The notes beneath the pieces were generated by a model. That model did no database searches. It was not told where the DNA came from and saw only the letters and a list, made by a program, of their open reading frames with translations. Shown piece by piece: positions 41,348 to 54,232 of a stretch of 64,000 bases of DNA. Location: positions 83,948,001 to 84,012,000 of the forward strand of contig OX597822.1 in assembly GCA_951406725.2 (NCBI GenBank), read 5' to 3'. Numbering within the stretch: position 1 is the first letter of the stretch; every line of letters starts with the position of its first letter. A program made the position numbers and the translations under genes. This DNA comes from Octopus vulgaris. Taxonomy: Eukaryota.

Positions 41348-41511
41348 AATAGGTTAAAATAGAAAAAAATGCAAACAATTTGGCAAGACTTGACAAAGAC
41401 ATTTTATTTAATTTAGCTATATAATAAAAGGTTTGATATAGCTAAATTGAATTAAATGTCCTTCTCAAATCTTGCTAAATTGTTTGCCTTTCCTTTCTAC
41501 TTTAACCTATT
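41348..41511. repeat. Diverged inverted repeat (arms ~75 bp)
   Basis: aataggttaaaatagaaa..atttagctatat / atatagctaaat..tttctactttaacctatt. Confidence 0.8.
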
Positions 41512-41665
41512 CCTACCGACTCAAGGGGAAGCCACTTCCAGCCGCTTTGGATAAGGCAGTCACAAAATCACAACTTCAACTGCAGTTCAAACTATTTGAG
41601 CATTTGAACACTCAGAATGCATGCTTATTAGTGTGTCACTCTGACGAGAACTCTTTAAAAATAGT

Positions 41666-41736
<71 letters not shown>

Positions 41737-44700
41737 GTAGGTAGGTAGGTAGGTAGGTAGGTAGGTAGGTAGGTAGGTAGGTATAAACATACATATGGTT
41801 TTGTAAATAGAGTAGCTGGGATATTTATGAAGTATTTTTAAACAATGCAAATCTAGAAATGACAATGCAAATCTAGAAATGACACCAGTTTCAGAGTTAT
41901 TTTGTGATCATGCGAAATGAATATTTGGAAACACTTCTTTTGGGGAGCAGCATTTACTATTAGAATTTCAGAATAAGTTATTTGACAATAAATGGATGTT
42001 AATTGTCAACACACTTGCGGCATTTGACAATTAATTGAAGACATTCTTTTTACATGAAATCATTAAGTTTGCGATTGCATAAAACAATTGTACTGCACGA
42101 TTATCTTATATTGTGTACGATAAGTTTAAAGACGTGTTATATAAACAGAACCTTACCTACAGCGTTCATGGATTACGTGATGTTTATCGGTGAAAGACAA
42201 ATGTATGATTGATTAAAACTACATCTAAATAAACATACAGCATGTAAAACTGGTTTTGTAAGCACAACCTTAAACACTATCCAGAATCCAACCATATAAA
42301 AACATGCTTAAATCCTATTCTTGGCATACATAGATTACATCGTAATTATCAGTTTGAGGCTGATATAACAGTAATTAAAAATACCTCTAAATAACTAATT
42401 AATAGGTACTTGTGGATAACAAGTGTTGTATTTGGAACCATGGCACTATGCACGATGCTGTAAGTGATATGCATATTTTTAAACTTAAGCGTTTTTTTTT
42501 AAATTTTAATCACAATTATTAATTTCTTTCCATTGGAATAAAGGTGGAATTTAATTTAAAGACTGACTCTAAGGTTACACAACAGAGGTAAAAGAATATT
42601 ATTAAAGTATTAAAGAATATTGTATTCAGTATTATGAAAATGTTTTCACTGTAATGAAAAAAAGCTAGTCTTAGTACGATTTATAGGAGACAACAGTTAT
42701 TTCATTAGCGCAGAAAACAGTGGCAGCCTATGAATTAACTATATGGTATAATTAGCTTTTAATATTACGCAACTAAACTATAATTAATTTTGATATAAAT
42801 GAAAATTTAAGAATTCGCTATAGAATAAAATGAAAAATTACCAGTACAAATACACAACTCATAGTAATTATTGATAAAAAGAAATATTTCATAAAAATAT
42901 TTACAATAACAGAAGTGGTATTTGAGAATCTTGAACTAAAATGATGCAAAAATAACACAACACTGTCAAACACAATTATATTGGAATATTCTTTAAAAGA
43001 TAGTGTGACATATTAATATCTTACTGATTCCGGGGTGTAAACAAAAATAAATGTATTAAATATTTAATGGTAAATGCAACGTTCATGGACAGACGAGATT
43101 TTCTAGATTAAAAATGTAGAAGAAGTACTAGCGTGTTCTTGTGAGCAAAGTTCATAAAAGCATCTATATAAAAATAATTGAGATGCAAAATAAAAGTACG
43201 CGCTCTTTTTGTATTAGTTATGTGTTTCCCTACTTTAGGAGAGGTATTATGAGGTAAAAACTGCAAGCTTCTTGAGCGTTGTTCGAATCAGTCAATCACA
43301 TTTTGAAGATATTTACTCAATGAACATTCAGCATCCACAGTCCAGATAAACATTTGACCTGAACTACACTTTTTTAATCTTCTCATAGAGTTGTCACTAT
43401 ATGCTATCACAAGTCGTGTCGTGATAGTTATCGAAAAATCACAGCAATGTAAGTATAACCACTTTGTGACAGTATCCTTGTCGTATAAAATGACATAAAT
43501 TTTAAAAAATAATAACTTGATACAACATCATGGTGTCATTACACGAGTACCATTGTTTAAAATTACGCGATGTATGAACCACTTCATCGAAACATATGAC
43601 ATTAGTATCAAGTTATTAGTATCATTATCATTTAAACTAAAATAAATAACATTTTGTGTTGGAAGACTGCATCTGACAGAGTCACTTTAAGAACATTTTA
43701 TACCACTAAAACATTTTTATTTTAAAATATAAACAAATTGTAACGACTACTCTAAATTTTTTAAAAGCAACTCTTTTGTCATGGCAAAGGTGAGTTAAAT
43801 ATAACAGTTTCGAAAGGTGAGCATATTGCGACAAATAAATGCATACGATAGATTGCAGTTTACATTTACAGTTTACGAAAGTAATTATAAGTGTAGCCCA
43901 AGTAATGTAAAAATAGTCATTTCTAAAACGTCCAATTAGTTAAGCAGGTAGAATTTAAATAAAATCTAATCAACAAAGAAAATAATTTTCCTTAAAACGT
44001 ATTTTTTCTGTTGGCTGCAGTTACCCCACCTTTAATATAAAATCATGGTCTCGTGACAAAAGTGTCATTATTCTCTAAACTCATAGCGATCTAAAGATAG
44101 TAAATGGATTACAAATCACGGTATCATGGCACCAGTATCATTATCGTCTGAAGCAGACGTAGAGAAAAGTTCTAGTTGCAAGGCTGCCTTCGTGTTAACT
44201 GCAGTTTGATAAACACTCGTACATTAAAAGAATATTTTCTACAGCTTAGTTTCGGTTACTTTTATAAAATATAATTTTTTATAAAAAATTCTAACAAAGC
44301 ATTACAAACTGTAACATATACCCACCAAAATGTTAGAATGTGATTAAATATCAAGTTTTTACTACCATATCTAAAAGATGCACGTGACAGTTAATTTATG
44401 CATCACTGTGTATATCTACTTTTTCAAAACGTAATTAAATGTGTGGAATGTAGGTTAACTATATATTTACATTTTCGAAATGTACTTACGAATGTAGACT
44501 ATAAATATTAAATGGTTGGCTTTTATTTTTAAAGTTAGTCTTTTATAAGAAATTAACTCAACAAAAATACATTCAATATGATGTGTTCTGAAACATATTT
44601 CGTGTCTGGAAGTTATATTTAGTCTTTCAGAAGTTCTAAGACTCAGAAATGTAAAAATAATAACTTGACTTAAAATCAGTTTTGTCATGCTAATGTTTAT

Positions 44701-45594
44701 GTAATGCAATATAATGTAAAAATACTCAATCTAAAATCACATCACTTATGGCAGATAAATTACGATTTTCAGTGTTTATCATTTAAAAGTTTTGAAAGAA
44801 TTGGGCTATTTGACAGAAAGTTCTTGAAAGCTCTGTCCGAAATATCTGATGATGCCTACAAAGGCGTGCTTAGCTTTTTCAGCATTGCGCCAATGCCACA
44901 AATATATTCGTTGGCTTAAAAAAGTCTTATCTATCCATTTAACTTTTAACAAAATTTCAGCAATGTAAAAATAACAACTTTACCGAAAATCACAATAAAT
45001 TGACACCATTATAAACGTAATGCAGTTTCGTGAAAACAGTCTCTAACACTACAAACTTTCAGCTCAGTTAAATAGAATCCTAGTAGAAACTCACTATGTC
45101 GTGAAAGAAAATTTTAATAACATTTCTCAAGAGCACAGTAGTATCAATATTTTCAACCAATACTTTGAAAGAAAATCTGAAGCGACATATCGAAGTAATT
45201 GCTTTGTAATCTTTGATCTTTTAATGTATGAAATATATTGAACTGTCTTATCGAATTATCCCAATGAAACGGATTAGATCTGAAGCGTTACTTGTCTTGA
45301 TCAATTATTGACTATTTACTAAATGCATTGAATATACAGATTCAGATATCTCTACCGTTACGTTAGCTTGTCTTTCCTTTTGAGTTTGACTTCCGTATTT
45401 CAAAGCCTGTACATCATGTTCTTCTAAATAATTTTAAATAAATTCGTACGAACTCCCAACGCACTTTTTATAACTATGTTTTCTGTGACATGTAAACACG
45501 AGTTCGTCTACGGACGTATATATATACATGGATGTATCCGCATGTATGTGTATTTACATGTATATATAGTGTATGCTTATATGCATGTATGTAA

Positions 45595-45659
<65 letters not shown>

Positions 45660-45661
<2 letters not shown>

Positions 45662-46071
45662 GATCATAATATCTCAGCGAAAGAGTTTGACAAGCTCAGA
45701 AAATATAAAGACCTACTCATTGAAATTGAGAAAATGTGGCATCTCGAGGCGGTTACAATACCAGTGATCGTAGGAGCACTAGGAATGATCAAGAAGGGAA
45801 CCGAAAATTATATGAGAATGATCCCTGGCTTACCATCCCTGCAAGAAGTGCAAAAGATTGTCTTAACTGGTACATCACACGTATTGAGAAGAGCATTGTC
45901 GATGTGAGAATTATTATTACCCATGTATTTTAATTTAACTTAAAAAAAAAAATGAACGAACTATTGAGTTTAGTTTAATGACCTACCAATGTATACTATG
46001 AGTTTCTTTGCCCTAGGAGTCGGGAAGACACTCGACAAGAAATGGAAGCAAATTTGAAAGAGGAAAAAAAA

Positions 46072-46072
<1 letters not shown>
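45660..46072 (+). mobile_element. Dong-like RLE LINE 3' end inserted in (TAA)n
   Basis: DHNISAKEFDKLRKYKDLLIEIEKMW..VTIPVIVGALG..LQEVQKIVLTGTSHVLRRALSM*, with (TAA)n on both sides. Confidence 0.9.
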
Positions 46073-46105
<33 letters not shown>

Positions 46106-46193
46106 TGATGATGATGCATGATATGATGAATCATGCATTTTGAAACATATATAGTGCATAACTGCTTCTTCTATTTATTTCGTTCACACCCAT

Positions 46194-46249
<56 letters not shown>

Positions 46250-46495
46250 ACACGTTTGATTTCACTGCAGTGGAGAAGAAATTCTTGCTTTAGGTAAAAA
46301 GATGTACAAACAACTTAGTCACCTCAAAACGCTCTCTATGGAATGGTTGATACATTTCTAGCTTTTCACCAGATACGATGTCACATGACTCTGGGGTGAC
46401 TGAAAAACCTAGCTTTATGAAAAATCGATAGATATTATTTAATAATTTGTGCGCGTAGGCTGGGCTGCCAAACCGGAAGAATTCGTTGCTTAGCG

Positions 46496-46553
<58 letters not shown>

Positions 46554-46579
46554 TGCGCTAAGAGAAAATTGCACTTTCA

Positions 46580-46692
46580 ATACAAAACACTTTCAATACA
46601 GTAACCATCAGAGCATTACAACAAATCACAGCACATACCCAAGGAACACAGAGCTGCGCTCGGTAGTGAAGTGAAAGTACACAATAAAAATA

Positions 46693-46700
<8 letters not shown>
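46580..46700 (+). mobile_element. 3' end of a further Dong-like family followed by (TAA)n
   Basis: KTLSIQ* then a short UTR and a (TAA)n tract. Confidence 0.5.
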
Positions 46701-46740
<40 letters not shown>

Positions 46741-46741
<1 letters not shown>

Positions 46742-46869
46742 TGCCCTGATGCAGTACCATGCCCTGATGCAGTACCATGCCCTGATGCAGTACCATGCCC
46801 TGATGCAGTACCATGCCCTGATGCAGTACCATGCCCTGATGCAGTACCTAAATGCCCTGATGCAGTACC
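46741..46869. repeat. 18-bp tandem array (atgccctgatgcagtacc) x6, then taa, then a seventh copy
   Basis: Direct reading of the sequence. Confidence 0.97.
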
Positions 46870-47408
46870 AGGCAGTGGCTCTCATGGCTTCTGATCTTAA
46901 CTGATTGGAAGTGTTATCACGTACATTGTTTTGTCTTGGTATAAAAGATGGGCTACAGCAAATATTCTGCTCAATACCACAGATTTGCTTGTCAGTTGTT
47001 TGACCTTAACCAGTTGAGCATGTCCCTTAGTGGCTGACGATATGTGCATCTCTGATCACGAGCAGAAGTAGTGGGGGAGCATCATAGCCATGTGTTGAGA
47101 GGGATTCTTTGGGGTTTGAATAGTTCACCTCTGGAAACATGGGTGGTTCTTTCAACATCCTTAAACAACCCTTATTCAGGGACCGTTTGAGCGGGATGGG
47201 CTACTCAACCTGAAGAAAATTCTAACTGGGCCCCACCTGCAAGGTCATGTGCTGTTTATCTTAATATGAGATCATCATGTCGCGCACATATGGTTGTGAT
47301 GCATGTGCCTGGTGTACCTTTATCAGACGGGTAGTCATGATGGGTATATTGGGCTTCGTATATTTTACCCCAGTGTCACTTTGATGGCATGAACTGCTCT
47401 CTCACTCA
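46852..47408. mobile_element. ~560-bp non-coding interspersed element bounded by TAA repeats
   Basis: Higher-GC block with sharp ends in (TAA)n and no ORF; orientation unresolved. Confidence 0.6.
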
Positions 47409-47479
47409 ATAATAATAATGTTTGATAAAAAAAAAACATTTAATAATACCTCACAGTAGTTGGAGCAAAGATAGCGTCT

Positions 47480-47867
47480 CAAGACGGTTACAATACCACT
47501 GATTGTAGGAGCTCTTAAAACGATCAGTAAAGGAACTGAAAATTATTTGAGAATGATCCCTGGCTTACTATCCATGCAGGAAGTGCCAAAAATTGTATTA
47601 ACTGTGACGTCACACGTATTGAGAAGAACATTGTCGATGTGAAATTTCTTTCCCTTTATTTTCTTTGTTTACTTTTAAATATTATATTTTTCCTTTTTCT
47701 TTCTGTCTTTCTTTCCCTTTTTTCTATCACATAACTTTGTAAATGGACAATATGTTGTGATTATTTTAATGTCCTACACATGTATACATGTATACAGCGC
47801 ATGGCTCTGCCTTAGGTGTCAGGAAGGCAAGAAAAGGAAACAGAATTAAAAGACGATGATGAAAGTG

Positions 47868-47870
<3 letters not shown>
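47480..47870 (+). mobile_element. Second, diverged copy of the Dong-like 3' end, followed by (TAA)n
   Basis: Homologous to 45750-45907 (gttacaatacca..gtaggagc..atgatccctggctta..cacacgtattgagaag..gtcgatgtga). Confidence 0.85.
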
Positions 47871-47956
<86 letters not shown>

Positions 47957-48011
47957 TAACGGGATTCATAACAAAACCAAGCAAAAGAACGGCAGACGGA
48001 TAATCATAAAT

Positions 48012-48121
48012 ACTTTAGTAGAACAAATCGACCCCAGGACTTGTTATATCGGTCTCTTTTGCCGAAGCGCTAAGTTACGGGGACGTAAACACACCAACAT
48101 TGGATGTCAAGTGATGGTCGG

Positions 48122-48191
<70 letters not shown>

Positions 48192-48353
48192 GACTGGCTT
48201 TTTTCTGTTTCCATCTACCAAATCCACTCACAAGGCTTTGGTCGGCCCTAGTATATAGTAGAAGACACTTTCCTAAGGTTTCACGCAGTGGGACTGAACC
48301 CAGAACCATGTGGTTGGGAAGCAAGCTTCTTACCACACACCTTTGCTTGCGCC
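48012..48353 (-). mobile_element. SINE family A copy
   Basis: Reverse complement of family A. Confidence 0.8.
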
Positions 48354-48999
48354 TATAAACTATATATATAAACTATATAACAAAAGCACATTTAAAAATT
48401 AAGCGATGCAGTAGTTATACATATTAATTGATCCCATATTTGATCGGCTGAGTTTCTACAAAATATAATTGAACACCATCTTATACTTGTCAAAGCTATA
48501 CAACACTGCTTAGAATAGAGAACATTTTAAGAGAGATAGATATTAGTAAAATCAACAATATTCGACAAGTACAAGGGGTAAGGGTATTAATATAGCAGAC
48601 CTGCTTAGGTATATTATATATCAGATCATGTTGGAATTGTAATATGGCACTTAGTTTCAACAGTCCCATGAGTCAACTTGAAGAATGTTTATGGCAAAAT
48701 TCCTCCCATATAAATTATTACTGATCAATGCAAATTGACAGAGGAAGTAATTCGAAATAGGCTATTCAAAAGATAGAAATTTAGGCTACGGTCGAAATGT
48801 CAATAATTCTAAATATAGACTTTAAGCAGAAAGAAACTGGATGCAGGATGACTTATTGAAAATTCTAATGGGAAATAACTGGTATATGATTTGCAAAGGA
48901 AGATATTCTATGTAAAAAAAAAAGATTATTTTCTTTAGAAAAGTAAATGTCGAAAATTCAAATAATTGTAATATGACTAAAATTGATTAAAATAATAAA

Positions 49000-49240
49000 T
49001 ATTCTTTTCTACACTAGACACAAGGCCCTCAAATAAAGAAAATAACACAGAATTTAACGCCAAGAATAAATATGTATTATCAATGGAATGATTCGTGATC
49101 CAGTCGGTAGAATAACTTCACTTACAACTTACCAGACGAATGAAATTTGGGGGTGGGCGCCAGTCGATTAGATCGACCACAGTAGGCAACTGGTACTTAA
49201 TTTATCGACCCCGAAAAGATAAAAGGCAAAGTCGACCTCA
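49000..49240 (-). mobile_element. SINE family B 3' fragment interrupted by a ~118-bp copy of 51156-51274
   Basis: ctagacacaaggcc | insert | tgaaatttggggg..cagtcgattagatcgacc. Confidence 0.75.
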
Positions 49241-49479
49241 TTAAAATAATAAATATAGTAACAAGAATAATAAATGAACAAATAAATCAAAATGTAATTT
49301 TAAATAATTTAAAAAAATAATAATTAAACAATCTAATTATAGAATTTAAAAAATTAAAACATCAACAATTATAATAACAATAGCAATGACTACGGTGTAA
49401 TAACAATAACAAAAATAATTTTAAAAATTAAAATAACTAAAATAATTTGCTAAAGGTTGGGTCAGGTTGAAATGGCCAA

Positions 49480-49830
49480 GCAATAAATGGTCCCTTATAG
49501 TTGGGTTGTACTGTGCTAGATCAAACGAACTAAAGGATGATTCTGGCCTGATATTCCGAATCGCTACATGAAATATTCTCCGAATTAAGATCTCACAGCA
49601 CCGGTATTGCAAATATGTGATTAGAATGTCGCAGGAAAGGATCGCGAGGCAAATCCTTCCAGCCAAGCCAACCAGCAGAAGAGTGAGAGGATTGGATAAT
49701 ATCGATAAACTCAGTTGGTCACGTGTTGGAATCCAGCTGGAAAATTTAATGACGATTGCTTCTGATAGTCCCCTGTTGAGGTGGTGTCCGAGGGCTCTAC
49801 ATGCTCAGATTTTGTGGGCAGAGAAAATGG
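49480..49830 (+). mobile_element. RTE-like LINE 3' remnant
   Basis: VIRMSQERIARQILPAKPTSRRVRG..LDNIDKLSWSRVGIQLENLM. Confidence 0.6.
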
Positions 49831-52061
49831 ACGGAGGTTTAAAACTGTGACTTTATGAGGGTGGTGTTAAATATCAGCAACATAACCGGGGAAAAAGATT
49901 GGCAAAACAAAGGAGCATCAGTTAAAGGAGTCTTAGAAACACTGACCTAGACAGAAGCTCATGGTTAAACTTAATCAAATCAGGAAAAGGAATGAAAATA
50001 CGAAAAAGACAGGAGGCGGAATAAAGCAAATGGGAAAAAAATGAGAAGGAAAAGAGATTGAGGACAAGGTGAGAAGAAGCTAAATAAGAATAAAGCAATT
50101 AAACAGAAGTAAAAAGGAGGAAGAGATTAATGAAGGTGGAGAGAAGAACGAGAATACGAGAGAGCGAATGAGAGTGTGAATTGAAAAGAAATGAGGAGAA
50201 AAGGAAGAAGATATAGAACAAAGCAGATAAGGAAATGGGCGACAAATGCATAAAGGAATGTCTACCGTATACAGCTTTATAATTAAAAAGCAATTGTGCT
50301 TAATGAGGTCTGATTAATTGGCAGAAGTTGAATATAAAGTTGGAATTAGTATTTTGTGGTGAATTGCATTATTGTAAAGGAGTGAGGTGGGTGACGGGAG
50401 GGGATTTGTTTATTGCTTATAAGATTGAGTGCTAGTCTTTTGAGACACACATACACACACAACACACGCATATATGCGGTGATACAAACAGGCACAGTCA
50501 CACTCAAACATCTATCAAATTATCTACCTATATATGTGTGTTTGCGTGAGAGTATATATATATATTTATAGATAGATAGATTCAACTATCTATCCATATA
50601 TACGATTGTGCGTGTGTACGTATATGTAAGTATATATACATATATATGTGTGTGTGTGTGTATGTATGTATATATGTATGTATGTAGAATGTTGAAAAGA
50701 AACTTTTTTGAGACTTTTTCAGAGTTGAAAAGTCTCAATGACCGAAACCGGTACTAAAATGTTTTTTATAAAATTATTTTAGCATTTTCTACCTTGACTT
50801 TTTTCCGTATATATATATATATATATATATATATAAGCACTAGTTGTACATACTAAATATTTATAGATAGTTTCTGCTATAAACACTAACATTAATCACT
50901 AATATAATCAAGTCTGATTTCTTAGACGCATCACCAGATCTAAAAACGGGTACCGCTAAGCTCTTCAACAAACCTTAAAAAATAAGGTACATTAAAAGAT
51001 TTTCTTGTCAGTCTACCAGGAAGTTTTAAAACCTCTTCGCCATTTTAAGCTCTATACTCTCTAATCTATCCTTCTCAACCAGGATGCTATATAGACATTC
51101 ACACATGCGCAGACACATACATATATAATAGCTGACAGTTATTAACCATAATCGCCCTCAAATAAAGAAAATAACACAGAATTTAACGATAAGAATAAAT
51201 ATGTATTGTCAATGGAATGATTCGTGATCCAGTCGGTAGAATAACTTCACTTACAACTTACCAGACGAATGAAAATAAGAGTTAACACCATGTACAGGAG
51301 ATGTAATCGTCGCTAAGAGATCTATGTGGAGACTCTTTCAGATCTTAGTTTTAAATGTAAGAGATTTTAAATATAAATTGGACAATTTATATATAGTAAA
51401 TGGAACATTAAAAGTTAAGAACATAATCGAGTAGAGCGGAAAGAAGAGATATAAGTGAAGAGTGTGTTGTGAGAGACAGATTGAAAGGAATCGAATAACA
51501 GCAGTCCCCGACAGTAAATACAAATAGTAAAATGTAAAGTAAAAGATCAATAAACAATACAGTTTAAGTAGAAGTAAGAGAAGAGGGGAGAGAGGGGAGG
51601 GGAGAGAGGGGGAGGGGAGAGAGGGGGTGGGGAGATAGGGGGGGAGGGGAGATAGTGGGGGAAGTTTTAAACGTATTGGGAAAGAAATTAAAACATGGCA
51701 AATTTGAAAAGATGTTTGGAAAATAATAAGCGTACTGTAATAAAGAGGACATTAATCAAACAAAGACTTAATTAAAACATATCAAGATGTAAACTCCGTC
51801 AAATCTGTACACAAGCAGAGATAGTTTTACCGAGATGAAGAGGAAAAAATAATATCGTCATAGTATTGTAAACATAGGAATATAAACACATTACTTTGCA
51901 GACCGTCAAACAGGACTGTATAGCTACACACGCGCGCATACATGCGTACACAATGGCACATACATGTATACATTTACAAACAAGTGTATGTATGTGGGTG
52001 TGGGAGTGTGTATTTAAACTGAGCGCGTGAATGCGTATGTATGCATGTATGTATATGTACG

Positions 52062-52117
<56 letters not shown>

Positions 52118-52366
52118 TATACACATACATACATATATAAATGCATATGCATATACGCATATATATATATATATATGCTTATACAAATATACATGCAGAC
52201 ATAGGTGTGTGTGTGCGTACTTGTATATACACACAAGGTGTTTTTATATATATATACTTTATATACATTTGATGAACATTTCTTACGCTGCAGGATATTC
52301 CATTCATCAGCTGTCCTGTGGAGATCGCAACCACCGTATTCTTGTGTATATGTATGTGTGTGTTTC

Positions 52367-52436
<70 letters not shown>

Positions 52437-53019
52437 TATATACATACATATACACACACATGTTCAATTCCTTATTTTTTATGTACATCTTCCGAACAAT
52501 ACTTGTTTGTTCCTATGTCTATAACAGTCCAACCATGTTTCTCTTTATTCATCTCTATAAATCTATCCATGCTGCTGGAATGCTTTGACTTCTCAATACG
52601 CTTCACTATGTCTTTCTTTGATGAATCTCGCTTTTATTACATTTCATTTATTATTTGTCAAGTATCTGGTCTTAACTTCTTTCTTAATACGTATTAACTC
52701 AACTTTATGTCTTTATCTTTGACCTCATCTTTCTAGTTACTCGCTTCTTTCTTTTACTTCATTCGCATTGTCGCCTCCTTCTACTTATATTGATACCTTC
52801 ACTTCGTTTCTGTTTACGCCTTGTAATATGGTGTATACCGTTGAGGCATCTTTCCCTCTTCTCTCTCTTTCTCTTTTCACTCTTTTATAATCTCTTAAAC
52901 TTTAACTGTTAATGTTTCTCTTTCGATATTTAAAGCGTCAAGTTAATATTCGAAACTCTTACATTTGGAACCGTGGTTGAAAATGCTGTACTCCTCACAT
53001 TCCACATAAATGATATGTA

Positions 53020-53318
53020 TTTTTCGCTCTTTTGATAAGCTGACATGAAGGAAATATCTGGTCGATGGTCACGAATCATTTCATTGGTAAATATGTTTTT
53101 GCGCTTTTGATAAGCTGACGTGGAGGAAATATCTGGTTGATTGTCATGAATCATTTCATTGATAAATATTTTTTGCGCTTTTGATAAGCTGACGTGGAGG
53201 AAATATCTGGTCGATTGTCATGAATCATTTCATTGATAAATATTTTTTGCGCTTTTGATAAGCTGACGTGGAGGAAATATATGATCGATTGTCACGAATC
53301 ATATCATTTCATTGATAA
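53020..53318. repeat. ~74-bp minisatellite, four copies, with a partial fifth copy at ~53570-53615
   Basis: gataagctgac recurs at 53034, 53109, 53183 and 53257. Confidence 0.93.
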
Positions 53319-53650
53319 TAATATTCCATTCTCTTTTCTCTTCCATCTTTTTCTGTACAAATATTGATCACCCCTCTTTAAGGCTATTAAAATTTTATCT
53401 CTAACTTTTAATGTTTTTATTTTCATATTTAAAGCAAAGTTATATACGAAATTCTTACATCTCAAATCGTGGACTAAAATATTGCACCAAACACATTTCA
53501 CCTCGATTATTCTTTTATACCTACTCAATACTCAACTGACTGTAAACAATTTTTCGTCCGTTTCTTCAGCTGGTGTAAATAAAACATCTGGTCGATTGTC
53601 ATGAATCATTTCATTAACAGCAACACACTAACACACACACACTCAAACAC

Positions 53651-53745
<95 letters not shown>

Positions 53746-53756
53746 CATATATATAT

Positions 53757-53794
<38 letters not shown>

Positions 53795-54232
53795 TGTAAT
53801 ACGGTTTTTGAGCATCAACACCCAACACCATATCTCACCTTCTTTGATACAAATCCAATGAATTAAGTCAACAAAAACTAGACTGGTATTTATTTCATCT
53901 CTTCCCGCTAAAATTGATTGACGGCGGAATACTAACTCAGCGAATAAAGAGATGTAATCTAGACACTACAAAGCATTTAATCTAACGCTTGTGAACAGCT
54001 GTAATATCTTTTACTCAACTTCATTGGTTTTTAGTTTCCTATTTTCTATTATGCATTTTATGAAATATATTAGGAATGTGTTGATTTCACAAAATGTGCA
54101 GTCACTTGTGTTTTCTATGTCGTTTAACATGCTTTGTCTTCTTATAAACCTGTGTTAATTCTCTCAGTATTTTTGATTTCACTGTTTCCACCGTAGAGCA
54201 TCTAATGTAATATCCCGTTTTAAATAATGGTA

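Noticed and set aside
46741-46869. 18-bp array as a CRISPR array
   Set aside because: No spacers, no cas genes, eukaryotic context.
53020-53318. 74-bp array as a CRISPR or tandem ribozyme array
   Set aside because: Units are near-identical along their whole length, and ctgacgtg does not fit CUGANGA with paired helices.
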